Origin: Octopus sinensis
Taxonomy: Eukaryota
Direction: 5' to 3'
DNA: 64,000 nucleotides
Assembly: GCF_006345805.1 (NCBI RefSeq)
Contig: NW_021834580.1
Coordinates: 3,478-67,477, forward strand
The notes under the pieces are model-generated. The model saw nothing but the letters and a program-made list of their open reading frames with translations, was not told the DNA's origin and made no database searches. The first letter of the stretch is position 1, and every line of letters starts with the position of its first letter. Below are positions 26,639 to 38,775 of the stretch, piece by piece. Both the position numbers and the translations under genes were made by a program.

Positions 26639-28260
26639 CATATATACGACATGCTTCTTTCAGTTTCCGTCTACCAAATCCACTCACAAGGCATTGGTCG
26701 GCCCGGGGCTATAGCAGAAGACACTTGCCCAAGATGCCACGCAGTGGGACTGAATCCGGAACCATGTGGTTGGTTAGCAAGCTACTTACCACACAGCCAC
26801 TCCTAAAAAATAACAATTAATTAATCAATAATGTATTTACAACTTCTTCCCAACATTCAACAAGATTTTCTAATACCTCGTTGGAAGAAATCACCCGATT
26901 TCGACTCGAAAAATTGATCCAACCAACCTCTCAATTCTGCATCAGTATTGAACGAATCTCCGCGCGTAACATTTGAAAGAGATGAAAGAGGTGGAAATCC
27001 GTTGGTGCCAAATCAGGAGAGTACGGTGGAAGTGGCAGCACTTCCCAGCCATGCGTTTGAATGGCTTCCTTGGTTATATTGGTGATATGAAGGCGGGCGT
27101 TGTCGTGCAGCAGAATAACTCTATGCTGGCCGATTAAGTCTTTTGTCTTGAATAGCCGAGTTGAGTCGTTCCATCTGTTGAACATAGAGTTCCGCGTTTA
27201 CCGTTTGGTTCCGTTCAAGCAATTCGTAATGGATATGATGGAAGCACTCCGTCGGTTACGACGACGAGGGTTCCGGTTGATCCGAATCAACGGAACAGCC
27301 TGCTCGTGAAATTAACGTGTAAGTGGCTGAGCACTCCACAGACACGTGTACCCTTAACGTAGTTCTCGGGGATATTCAGCGTGACACAGAGAGTGACAAG
27401 GCCAGCCCTTTGAAATACAGGTACAACAGAAACAGGAAGTAAGAGTGAGAGAAAGTTGTGGTTAAAGAGTACAGCAGGGATCACCACCACCCCCTGCCGG
27501 AGCCTCGTGGAGCTTTAGGTGTTTTCGCTCAATAAACACTCACAACGCCCGGTCTGGGAATCGAAACCGCGATCCTATGACCGCGAGTCCGCTGCCCTAA
27601 CCACTGGGCCATTGCGCCTCCTCGTAATGGATAATCCCTTCCCAGTCTCACCATACGCACAGCATCGTTTTATGCAGATGAAGATCTTGTTTCACGCGCG
27701 GTGTCGCTTGTTTACTGGGGCTAAGCCATTCCTTACGCTGCTTCATATTGATATACAGGCACCATTTTTCGTCGTTAGTAACGATTCGGTAAAGAAATCG
27801 TTGCTTGTGTCCATGAGTTGAGCGGTGACGGGCAAGCAGACCAGCGGAGATTGTGGCTCGTTGATTTTTGTTGTTGTCACTTAAAGTATGCTGAACCCAT
27901 ATTCCATACTTCTGAACCTTTCCCATCGAATGAAGATGCTTCTCTATAGCAGTGTGGGAGCATTCCATTTTCTCTGCCAGATCGCTTGTCATTTGACGGG
28001 AATTTTCGTGCAAAAGTTGGTTTAATCGCTATTCATCGAAGTCAACTGTACATCCAGAACGAGGTGCGTCTTTGAGGTCAAAATTTCCATTTTTGAACTT
28101 GGCATACCAATCACGAGCGGATCTTTCAGTTATGTCACCCTCTCCATACACAGCATAAATGTCGCAAGCAGCTTTTGCGGCCTTAGAATCTTGATTAGAA
28201 GCAAAAAGGTGTCGAAAATGCTCGTTTTTCTTAACTTGACATTCCATTTTAATGATCTGA
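26344..28260 (-). mobile_element. Mariner transposon remnant interrupted by two SINEs
   Basis: N-terminal HTH (VYGEG..WYAKFKNGNFDLKDAPRSG), WVQHTL, IVTNDEKW, HDNAR and PYSPDLAPTDFHLF. A TIR-like TTGGGTTGGTAACTAAGTT lies at ~26345. Confidence 0.92.
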
Positions 28261-28367
28261 AAATATACAAAAATTAACTAAAATTAACTAGAAACAAAAA
28301 ACAAAGTAGATTCCAAAATGATTCAAAAATAGAATTCTCGAAAAAAACAGATTCCAAAATTTAAAAA

Positions 28368-28424
<57 letters not shown>

Positions 28425-28537
28425 CGTGTGTTTATTTGGCAATAAATAAATAAATAAAATGACCATCCCGAAATACAGCAATATCTGTTTCAACACACGA
28501 TTTCCCATCAGGAATCTTGCGAAACGAATTGATAAAC

Positions 28538-28585
<48 letters not shown>

Positions 28586-29507
28586 AGATAAGAAAATGGA
28601 GAAATACATCTATTTTCTTATCTTGTATTAGTAATTTGTGGTAAATCATTTTACCTTTGCCCATATAATACAGTAAATGAATTGATTGCATCGCAATCAT
28701 TAACATTTATGTATTAACTTTGTTGGGTACTTCCCTAGCAGTATATTGGATATATGTTATCCCATGGAGGGTTGCATTTACAACCCCTATCTCAATTTGT
28801 ATATATATATATATGCATTTGTTATTTTTTATAATTTACAGGTGATAATCGTTGCGCTACGGCCATGATGTGCTCTCCCTTGTAAAGGTTTAGAATTTAT
28901 CGACCCAAATACTGTGTTATTAGCTATGAAATATTCTCTTATATAAGCGCTTATATAAACACACTTACTTAGACGGTAGTAGACGAAATTCGTCTGCCAT
29001 GGTTAAGTGGCTATGTGACTAGATTTCTCAAGGCAAATAACAATATTCTATAACATACTGTTCTAACAAGGCAACCATGCTAGGCTGAATATGAAGATTG
29101 CTTTTTTTATATCAGTACTGCTTCCGTAGCTAATAACTAATTTCTAATAAGCCCGTTGGCTCTTTGTGGCATCGATATCTGGAAATACGCTGATATTCTG
29201 TAGATCGTAGCAGCGAGAGTTGACTGGCATCCAGTGACCGATGCTTCCCACTGATGTGTTCCAACAGACCGGAATCGGGTGATACAGGCATTCTGGCATT
29301 TATAACAGACGAATTTTGTCTACTACGACCTATGAGTGTACTTTTATGCACCAATCGCCTACATGAGAGCATCTCTCAAAGCTAAAAACGCAGTGTTCGG
29401 TGTTCTAACAAGGCATCCATGTTAAATTAACTATAAAGATTACCTTTTCGTATTACTATGGCTTTCGTCGGTAATAATTAGCATGTGCCTATGTATATGT
29501 ATATATA

Positions 29508-29548
<41 letters not shown>

Positions 29549-29571
29549 TGTGCGTGTGTGTGTGTGTGTGT

Positions 29572-29868
29572 GGAGGCGCAATGGTCCAGTGGTTAGGGAA
29601 GCAAACTCGCGGTTGTAGGATCGCGGTTTCGATTCCCAGACCGGGCGTTGTGAGTGTTTATTTGAGCAAAAGCACCTAAAGCTCCACGCGGCTCCGGCAG
29701 GGGGTGGTGATCCCTGCTGTACTCTTTCACCACTCTTTCTCTCCCTCTTTCTTCTGTTGGCCTGCTCGCTTAGCCAGCGGGGTGGCGTCATTTTAAGGCT
29801 AAAGCTATGCGAAGCGCATTGTGACCAGCGATGTGTAGCAACATCTGATAGCCTGGTCGGTCACGGTG

Positions 29869-29924
<56 letters not shown>

Positions 29925-30397
29925 CATAATTGTGATAATACACCGCACAGTTAAAGAAGTACATTATAAGCAGTATATGTATTTGTGTATTGTGTGCACG
30001 TGCGCGCATTTCTGTGGTGTTTGTGTGCTTGTGTTTGTGTTGTGTGTGTGTGTGTGTGGTGTGTGTGTTGTGTGTGTGTGTGTGTGTGCGTGTGTGTGTG
30101 TGTGTGTGGAGGCGCAATGGTCCAGTGGTTGGGAAGCAAACTCGCCGTTGTAGGATCGCGGTTTCGATTCCCAGACCGGCCGTTGTGAGTGTTTATTTGA
30201 GCAAAAGCACCTAAAGCTCCACGCGGCTCCGGCAGGGGGTGGTGATCCCTGCTGTACTCTTTCACCACTCTTTCTCTCCCTCTTTCTTCTGTTGGCCTGC
30301 TCGCTTAGCCAGCGGGGTGGCGTCATTTTAAGGCTAACTATCGAAGCGCATTGTGACCAGCGATGTGTAGCAACATCTGATATACTGGTCGGTCACG

Positions 30398-30401
<4 letters not shown>
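29572..30401 (+). mobile_element. Two copies of SINE C2 (family C head, different 3' tail) at 29572-29868 and 30108-30401
   Basis: The first ~170 nt match family C; the sequence then continues GCCAGCGGGGTGGCGTC...GGTCGGTCACGGTGA-(TA)n. Confidence 0.88.
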
Positions 30402-30461
<60 letters not shown>

Positions 30462-30569
30462 CATAATTGTGATAATACACCACGCACAGTTAAAGAAGTA
30501 CATTATAAGCAGTATATGTATTTGTGTATTGTGTGCACGTGCGCGCATTTCTGTGTGTGTTTGTGTGCT

Positions 30570-30602
<33 letters not shown>

Positions 30603-31099
30603 TGTGTGTTGTGTGTGTGTGTGGTTGTGTGCGTACGTGCATGCGTGCGTGCGTGCATACGTGCGTGCGTGCGTGTGTCTGTATCCAAAAATCCACAAGT
30701 CAATAAGATTTTGTAAGAGACCTTTGGTTTGATGTCTGAAGCAATCGTAAGATGTTTCTACAAATCAAAATTAAAGCAATATTAGAGCAGGAACCATATT
30801 TTTCAGGAAAAGTCAGGAATCTTTGAAGTGAATCAAAGGCTTTTAGAAGTTAGCATGAAGCAGCTTACTTCTTATTTCAAAAGGTCAAACTGGCTTCCAT
30901 TTGATCCGCTGTATTTGGGTCTTGTTGTTTTATATTTGCTTTGCTTCTTTTCATTTTCTTTCTTTTTTTTTTTACTGTTTTTCTTTCCCTGTTTTAACTT
31001 TTTTGTATTTCTTATTCTTTGGCATTTAGAGATTACAAAGATTACAAAATGCCTATTTTAAAAAAAAATCTTTCTTGATATTTGAAAATGAAAGAGACT

Positions 31100-31175
<76 letters not shown>

Positions 31176-31691
31176 CGGGTGATAAATATAATGTAGACAT
31201 TGGAAGAAGTTTCAGAAATAAAGAACTAGCTGATAAACAGATGAGTTTGCATGGATTAAAGAAAAAACACTTTCGAGCTTGTTTAACATTAAATAGATTC
31301 TAGTTTAAGATATTCTTATTAATGTATTTCCTTCAAATTCTGCTTTCACTATAGGTTATTCTACTTATTATTGTTCTTCGTTTACTGTTTCTACTTCTTA
31401 TCAATTCTGTCTCCACATTTGTATATCACCATCATTTATCTTCATCATCTCGTATCTTTTGTTGTTTCATCTCCTCACACTATTTTCTTAAATTGAATGT
31501 TTTCTATCCAACCAATCTGAGGCATATTTCTTAGTTAACTGTTTTGACCCTGGACACAGCTCAATGCCATCTTTAGTAGCCTTTGTATCAGTGTGTCCCT
31601 AAAATGGGCTTCAAGAAACTCAGAGTTCTCGCTATAAAATCATGAGGCTCCAGGAGATAACGGCTCTTTTTATAAAACATTTCTCTTTCTT

Positions 31692-31750
<59 letters not shown>

Positions 31751-33099
31751 CTGTCTCTTTATTTCTCTCTCTCTCACTGACTCTTTCTCTTTTTGTGAAG
31801 TTAATTTAATTTAATGCTATACTATGCTTAACAGACCCCAGATTTGTACTTACCATATCGAACTGATGAGATCCAGATAGATTGAAATTGCAGCTGTATA
31901 CACAATAATTAAAATGTAACTTAAAATAATCTTTTATCAAATAAACGCATAAATGTAATGTATCTCATTCCTCCACTTAACTACAAAAAATATGAAGATA
32001 ATAAAATATGGAATCCTGGCAGGAATTTACTCAACTTACCAAAAGATCTAAATATATTTTATAAAATAAGGTATTTTCCATTTTCAAACTTATGTTACAC
32101 TTACATACACACATACACACATATACATACATGCATACACACATACATACATACATACATACATACATACATACATACATAATACATACATACATACATA
32201 CATACATACATACATACATACATACATACATACATACATACATACATACATACAAAAATACCTTGTTGACGTTGTTGGAATTCCAATGAAGGAGCCTTGG
32301 ATCTAGGTTAGAAACTCACTCTTTCTCTATTGGCAAGAAATCTTGAAATATAACTGAATAATGACACACACACACATACACACACACACTCACACACACA
32401 AGCATAACAGTGATTTTCCAGCAACTGATGGTCCGGAATCTCGTTTTTATCCGGATACATTACGAACAGTAACATGAAATTTCTGTATCCACCAGTCTAG
32501 TTAACTACACGACCACAAGTAGCAGTCTGTGTACCTTGTTGTCTACATGCGTTATTCATACTGCACTTCTTAGTATCGATACACAGACCCAAGCCTTGTA
32601 AAAGTAAAGGTAAAGTTACCTTCTCGAATCATACCGACTCATAAGGGACGTTTTCCTGGTTTCCATGGCGTATATATTCCTCCACCCCTGGACGGGACGC
32701 CGGTCCATCGTAGGATAACTCATTTTTGCCAGTTGAATGGACTGAAGCAACGTGAAATGGAGTGTTTTGCTCAAGAACACAACGCGTCGGCTGGTCCGGG
32801 AATCGAAACCTTAATCTTATGATCATGAATACAACATCATAACTACTAAGCCATGCGCTTCCACGCCCAAACCTTATGAATGAAACTGGGTATACGAAAA
32901 ATGAGAGGAAGCCCGTAAAATGGATTGAAACCTGTATTTCAAAGGTTCAGCTTTTTTTGCATACTCTTTGTAACGCTGATTGTATCTGGGGTTTATGTTC
33001 ATGACATCCGAGTCTGTGTGATACTCAACCACTCACATACTCATTCAATGAGCAATTAAACCAGGTGATGAAACAGCTGAAACATCATCGAAACCGACG

Positions 33100-34815
33100 G
33101 AGAGCCAGCCATTCATCTATACTTTCATCTATCCATCCATCCCTCCATCCATCTATCCTGCCATTCATTATCCATCCATCCTGCCATCCATCCATCTATC
33201 CTGCCATTTATCCATCTATCCTGCCATTCTTCTATCCATCCTGGTCATTCATCCATCCATCCTGGTCATTCATCCATCTATCCTGCCATCCATCCATCCA
33301 TCCTGCCATCCATCCATCCATCCTGCCATTCATTATCCATCAATCCTGCCACTCATCCATCCATCCTGGTCATTCATCCATCCATCCTGGTCATTCATCC
33401 ATCCATCCTGCCATTCATTATCCATTCATCCATCCTTCCAACCATTTTTCGATCCCTACATCTATCCATCCATCCATCCATCCATCTCTCTATCCATCAA
33501 TCCATCCATCCATCCATCTATCTATATTGCCTTAGCATTCGGGCTGCATTTTTTTTTTTACATTATACTGCATGAAGGTCTTGTTCTAACATACTTTGCC
33601 TGCGCAACCTAACGCACCTCTGACTACCTCGAGTCCATCAGAAGGTCTCGGTTTTGACTTTTGTTATTCTAAGATTGAAAATACTCAGCGTTGCGAGTGT
33701 TGAGAGTAGTTCGTTTAATAAAGTCTATTTCCGTTATATAAATGCAACTCATGAAATGTGAATATCAAAATGTTTGAGGTTAAAGAAAGCTGCGTCAGAG
33801 CATTTCCGGAGACGTGCCTAAGTCTATCGTTACACACAAATGACAATGTTTGCGCCGAAGGGATGGCGTTGCGGTAATTACAAATGAAATGTTGAATACG
33901 TTCCATAATTACCGTAACAGTTTTCTTCTGTTCCTTCCCCTCCTCCTTGCCCTCCTCCTCCGCTTCTTCTTCTCCTTCTTCTTCTTCTTCTTCTTCTTCG
34001 TCTTCTTCTTCTCCTTCTTTTCTTCTTCTTCTTCTCCTTCTTCTTCTTCTTCTTCTTCGTCTTCTTCTCCTTTCTTCTTCTTCTTCTTCTTCTTCTTCTT
34101 ATCTTCTTCTTCTTTTTCTTTTTCTTTTTCTTCTTCGTCTTCTTCTTCTTCTTCGTCTTCTTCGTCTTCTTCTTCTTCTTGTCTCTTCGTTTCTTCTCTT
34201 CTTTTCTTCTTCTTCTTCTTCTTCTTCTTTATCTTTTTTCTTCTTCTTCTTTATTTTTCTTCGTCTTCTTCTCTTATTCTTTATCTTCTTCTTCTTCTTC
34301 TTTATCTTCTTCTTCTTCTTCGTCTTCTTCTTTTTCTTTTTTCTCCTTCTTCTTCTTCTCTTTATTTCTTCTTCTTCTTCTTCTTCTTCTTATTCTTTAT
34401 TCTTATTCTTATTCTTCTTTTCTTTTTCCTTTTCTTCTTTTTCTTCTTATTCTTCTTCTTTATCTTCTTCTTCTTCGTCTTCTTCGTCTTCTTCTTTTTC
34501 TTCTTCTTCTTCTTTTTCCTCTTCTTCTTCTTCTTCTACTATTTCTTCTTCTTCTTCTTCTTCTACTTCTTCTTTTTCTTCTTCTTCTTCTTCTTCTTCT
34601 TCATCAGCAACATCATCGTCGTTGTCGTCGTCACCATCGTTATCATTACCTCAACCACTAAGACCACTGCCCTACCACCACCACCACCACCACCACCATT
34701 ATCATCAACAACATCCTCAAAAGCCACCTCCAAAACCACTACCTCCACCACCGTCAATCCCACCACCAATACCACCAGCACCAACACCACCACAACCGTC
34801 ATCATCATCATCATC
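33100..34815. repeat. (CATC)n-derived minisatellite (33100-33520), long (TTC)n (33915-34600) and (ACC/ATC)n (34600-34815)
   Basis: Direct reading; these tracts explain the poly-S/F/L ORFs in the track. Confidence 0.95.
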
Positions 34816-35054
34816 TCTGGAAAGAATTTATCATTTCTTTCCATTTATCTCTATCAAACCGTGAAAATTATGTTAAACCATAATTAACGTAAAAATACTG
34901 TTTTTTATTGTTGGAACTCAAACTAGCATATCGATATAATTAAAAGCACTACCATAAAACCCTTGTCCTGTATTCGGAATGACAGAATTTTTAAAATTTA
35001 GTTACAGCCAAATCATGTCACTTTTTTCCTTCGTATTTATATTAATCTGAAAGT

Positions 35055-35437
35055 GGAGGCGCAATGGCCCAGTGGTTAGAGCAGCGGACTCGCGGTCATA
35101 GGATCGCGGTTTCGATTCCCAGACCGGGCGTTGTGAGTGTTTATTGAGCGAAAACACCTAAAAGTTCCACGAGGCTCCGGCAGGGGATGGTGGTGATCCC
35201 TGCTGTACTCTTTCACCACAACTTTCTCTCACTCTTACTTCCTGTTTCTGTTGTACCTGTATTTCAAAGGGCCGGCCTTGTCACTCTCTGTGTCACGCTG
35301 AATATCCCCGAGAACTACGTTAAGGGTGCACGTGTCTGTGGAGTGCTCAGCCACTTACGCGTTAATTTCACGAGCAGGATGTTCCGTTGATTCGGATCAA
35401 CCGGAACCCTCATCGTCGTAACCGACGGAGTGCTTCC
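35055..35437 (+). mobile_element. tRNA-derived SINE family C (probably OR-type); further copies at 8586-8969, 27239-27621, 35606-35985, 38838-39168, 47527-47908 (-)
   Basis: Head GGAGGCGCAATGGCCCAGTGG...GTTTCGATTCCC and tail GTAACCGACGGAGTGCTTCC. TSDs are TATTAATCTGAAAGT (35040-35054/35442-35456) and TCGTAATGGATA (27224-27235/27622-27633). Confidence 0.92.
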
Positions 35438-36372
35438 TCCCTATTAATCTGAAAGTGTGTGGCCAATTGGATAGAAGTGTCAGACTCATGGATGTAAGGT
35501 CGATGGTTCGATTCGTGAAAAGCGTTGTACCTTTGAGATAGTTCGTTGCTTTGAGTATTTTGTTTCCCTTCATATAGGGCACACACGCACATACATACAA
35601 ACATGGGAAGCACTCCGTCGGTTACGAGGATGAGGGTTCCGGTTGATCCGAATCAACGGAACAGCTTGCTCGTGAAATTAACGTGTAAGTGGCTGAGCAC
35701 TCCACAGACACGTGTCCCCTTAACGTAGTCTCGGGATATTCAGCGTGACACAGAGAGTGACAAGGCCGGCCCTTTGAAAACAGGTACAACAGAAAAGGAA
35801 ATAAGAGTGAGAGAAAGTTGTGGTGAAAGAGTACAGCAGGGATCACCACCATCCCCTGCCGGAGCCTTGTGGAGCTTTAGGTGTTTTCGCTCAATAAACA
35901 CTCACAACGCCCGGTCTGGGAATCGAAACCGCGATCCTATGACCGCGAGTCTGCTGCCCTAAACGCTGGGCCATTGCGCCTCCACTTACGAACATACAAT
36001 CACATATATAGACATACACCAGCATGCTATCGATATATGTGAGAATTCACGTTCAAGTAATGTGTGTGTATGTATACTTCGGTAACATGTGTGGTGTGTG
36101 TGCACGTATGTGTCTGTGTGTGTATCTGTATGACTGTGTGGTGTATAAGTACACAGATGCACACCTGTTATGACTGTGTGTGTGGGGTGTATGTTATTTG
36201 GGTATCGATGATGTATGCGTAGTATATATATACATGTCTGTAAAACACGTACGCCACAGTCAGGTGAATGCTCTCAGAATTTTAATTCAGTTTTGTCAAC
36301 TGTCAATATTAACAACGAAAATTGCAATATATTTTCATATGTTTCTCTACGTATCACCTGCGACAAAATTCG

Positions 36373-36810
36373 CGGATCTTTTCGGTTTGAACGGCAGTTT
36401 TTGACATAATTCCTAGGTAACTAAAAAAATTTTTTTAAACTTCGTTATGGTAGGATGTGTTTATAAAACATCTTTTTCTCTTGGCTTATTGAGAAAATTC
36501 ATTGTTTGTAAGATATGTTGTTTTTTTTCTTCAATTTCGGCAATTTCAACCAATCACTGACGTCCATTGAGGTAAACAACATTCTGTTGTGCCGTATGAA
36601 TATGTCCCTCGTTTAAGAAAACAGATTGGTTTATTTACATGTGAAGAAGAAAAAAAGATACCCTTCCTCCCACCCCTAACCCTAACCCTAACTAACCCTA
36701 ACCCTAAAATAAATTGAAATGCAATAAATCGATACTAGGGTCATAATTATGGGTGACAATTTCATATGACACCGCTAGGAAAAAACTGCCGTTCAAACCG
36801 AAAAGATCCG
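36373..36810. mobile_element. MITE with ~29-bp TIRs and internal (CCCTAA)n
   Basis: CGGATCTTTTCGGTTTGAACGGCAGTTTTT ... AAAAACTGCCGTTCAAACCGAAAAGATCCG, with about five telomere-type hexamers at 36673-36707. Confidence 0.85.
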
Positions 36811-37022
36811 AAAAGTGAAATTTACACACAAGTCAGTCTGGAAAAAAATGCGCGTATATTTCTCTGTATGAGAGAGAGATAGTTAAAAGTGTGTGTGTAT
36901 GAAAGGGAGAGAGAGAGAGAGAGAGAGAGATATTGTATTCATAAACATGCAAACACACGCACATACATATATGTAATTAAATATACGATAATATATAAAC
37001 ATGCATATATTATATTTACACA

Positions 37023-37077
<55 letters not shown>

Positions 37078-37078
37078 G

Positions 37079-37167
<89 letters not shown>

Positions 37168-38300
37168 CAAAAGAGAGAGAGATGAAGTGGGAAGGGAGAG
37201 AAGAGAGAGAAGAGGAATGGAAAAAGAGAGAGATGAGGCTGCGCGTGTAGTTCTGTGTCAGTGAGTATGGATTTGGATGTAGCTATGAATGTATCTATAT
37301 TTGCATTTCATTTCTCCAAATTTTCAATTAAACTAACTACTTTACCAAAACAGAGCGTCCTCCACGGAGAAATATCCCTTTCTGTAGAGAGCGTAGGCTC
37401 GAAACGCAGACTTTTTCTATTCCTGAGCGTCTATACTAATACATCTGTTGTTTTGTACACCACCTGTCTTCGTCTTTTGTTTTTTTTTTCGTAAACTCTC
37501 CCTATACATACATACATACATACATACATACATACATACATACATAAATATATATATACATACATGCATAAATAAATTCGTATATACAAAAAAATGATAT
37601 GGTCCTACTTATGGAGTATCTGTTGTATATCTATACAACAGATTCGTGGCCAGGAATCGAAATCTTGGTCTTCACGCTCGTTTTCATTGTCCTCGGAGTG
37701 TGCAATTAAAATCAATTTAACTTATCAAAATTTGCCACCATCGTAGGTGAAAGAAAATCTGATATAGATAAACTCATTTAATTTTAGCTGCCATGACCTA
37801 GTTCGCGTTAAACTCGAATATATATTCGCGTTACCTGTGAAGAAAATAAAAAGTCTTTCTGTCGTTCAGACAGTTTCTTCAACTACGAAGTAACTTTGCC
37901 AAGCCTTAGTTTACGCGAAAGCGCGCGTGCACACACACACATACACACACACACACAACACACACACACCACACACACACACACACACTACACACAAATA
38001 CTACACTACGCACACGCAAACTTCTTTCACGCGAGCCAAGCACTCTTTTCCTTCTTTTTTCCACGTACTTAGTAGCAGACTACCATAAGAACTGGAGAAA
38101 AGATTTTCAACTGAAAGAGACCACCAAACCTATACGAACTCGTAGCAGTTGTGTAATTAATTAACGATTGAGTAAAATCTCTAAGTATATCTTTCATCAA
38201 TTCTTTTCGATACATACAGAAATTATGAATTTGTTATCTCTAACTACTTACTTTTTACCTGTAACGCATACATTCATACACACACACACACTCACATACA

Positions 38301-38340
<40 letters not shown>

Positions 38341-38438
38341 AAACGCACGTATACGTGCATAAGCAAAGGTCAAATGGACGAACACAAATGTATCAGATTG
38401 ACGCTCAAAGAAAATTTTATATGGAAAAAATGCGGAGT

Positions 38439-38465
38439 GACGTTTCGAGCATTGCCTCTCGTCAG
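38439..38465 (-). ncRNA. Minimal hammerhead core (Penelope-type remnant)
   Basis: CTGACGA-GAG GCAATG CTC-GAAA-C-GTC: intact core and GUC triplet, but an adjacent stem I is not evident. Confidence 0.5.
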
Positions 38466-38524
38466 AAAGAGGAAAAACTCCGAGAAGAAAGAGATTAGTT
38501 CATAATATATACATACAATAGACC

Positions 38525-38775
38525 AGATAAGTGGTGAGTGTCAACATAAAGCTAAAGGTCAGCGAAGGAAAAAACACCTACACTAAACTATTGAGAAATA
38601 TACAGCTATTTCACACGGATGAGAAGTTCAAAGTCATACCTATAATTATTGTAGCACTCGGATATGTAACAAACTGTCTCAATACCAATATTGAGAAAAC
38701 AGAAAGCAAATAAGATTACAGATACAAGCCGTCGATGAAACTGTCAAAATATGCAAAACTTTCCAAAAGTTTAGC
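38525..38775 (+). pseudogene. R4/Dong-like restriction-endonuclease domain fragment
   Basis: VNIKLKVSE..NTY.KLLRNIQL....KFKVIPIIIVALGYV and ...TVKICKTFQKF fit the RLE C-terminal pattern. Confidence 0.62.

Noticed and set aside
33850-34887. Long ORFs of 345 and 305 aa, and the many YI/HT/CV/poly-I ORFs elsewhere
   Set aside because: They are translations of (TTC)n, (TA)n, (CA)n, (CATA)n and (ATT)n microsatellites that lack stops in some frames.
35055-35130. tRNA-like heads with A and B boxes
   Set aside because: They continue into SINE bodies with TSDs and lack a complete acceptor stem, so they are not tRNA genes.
36673-36707. (CCCTAA)n as a chromosome end or fusion site
   Set aside because: Only about five units, lying inside a TIR-bounded element present twice.
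37641-37709. Short hydrophobic frame SWPGIEILVFTLVFIVLGVCN as a terminal transmembrane exon
   Set aside because: It overlaps a GGAATCGAA B-box-like SINE remnant and has no other support.
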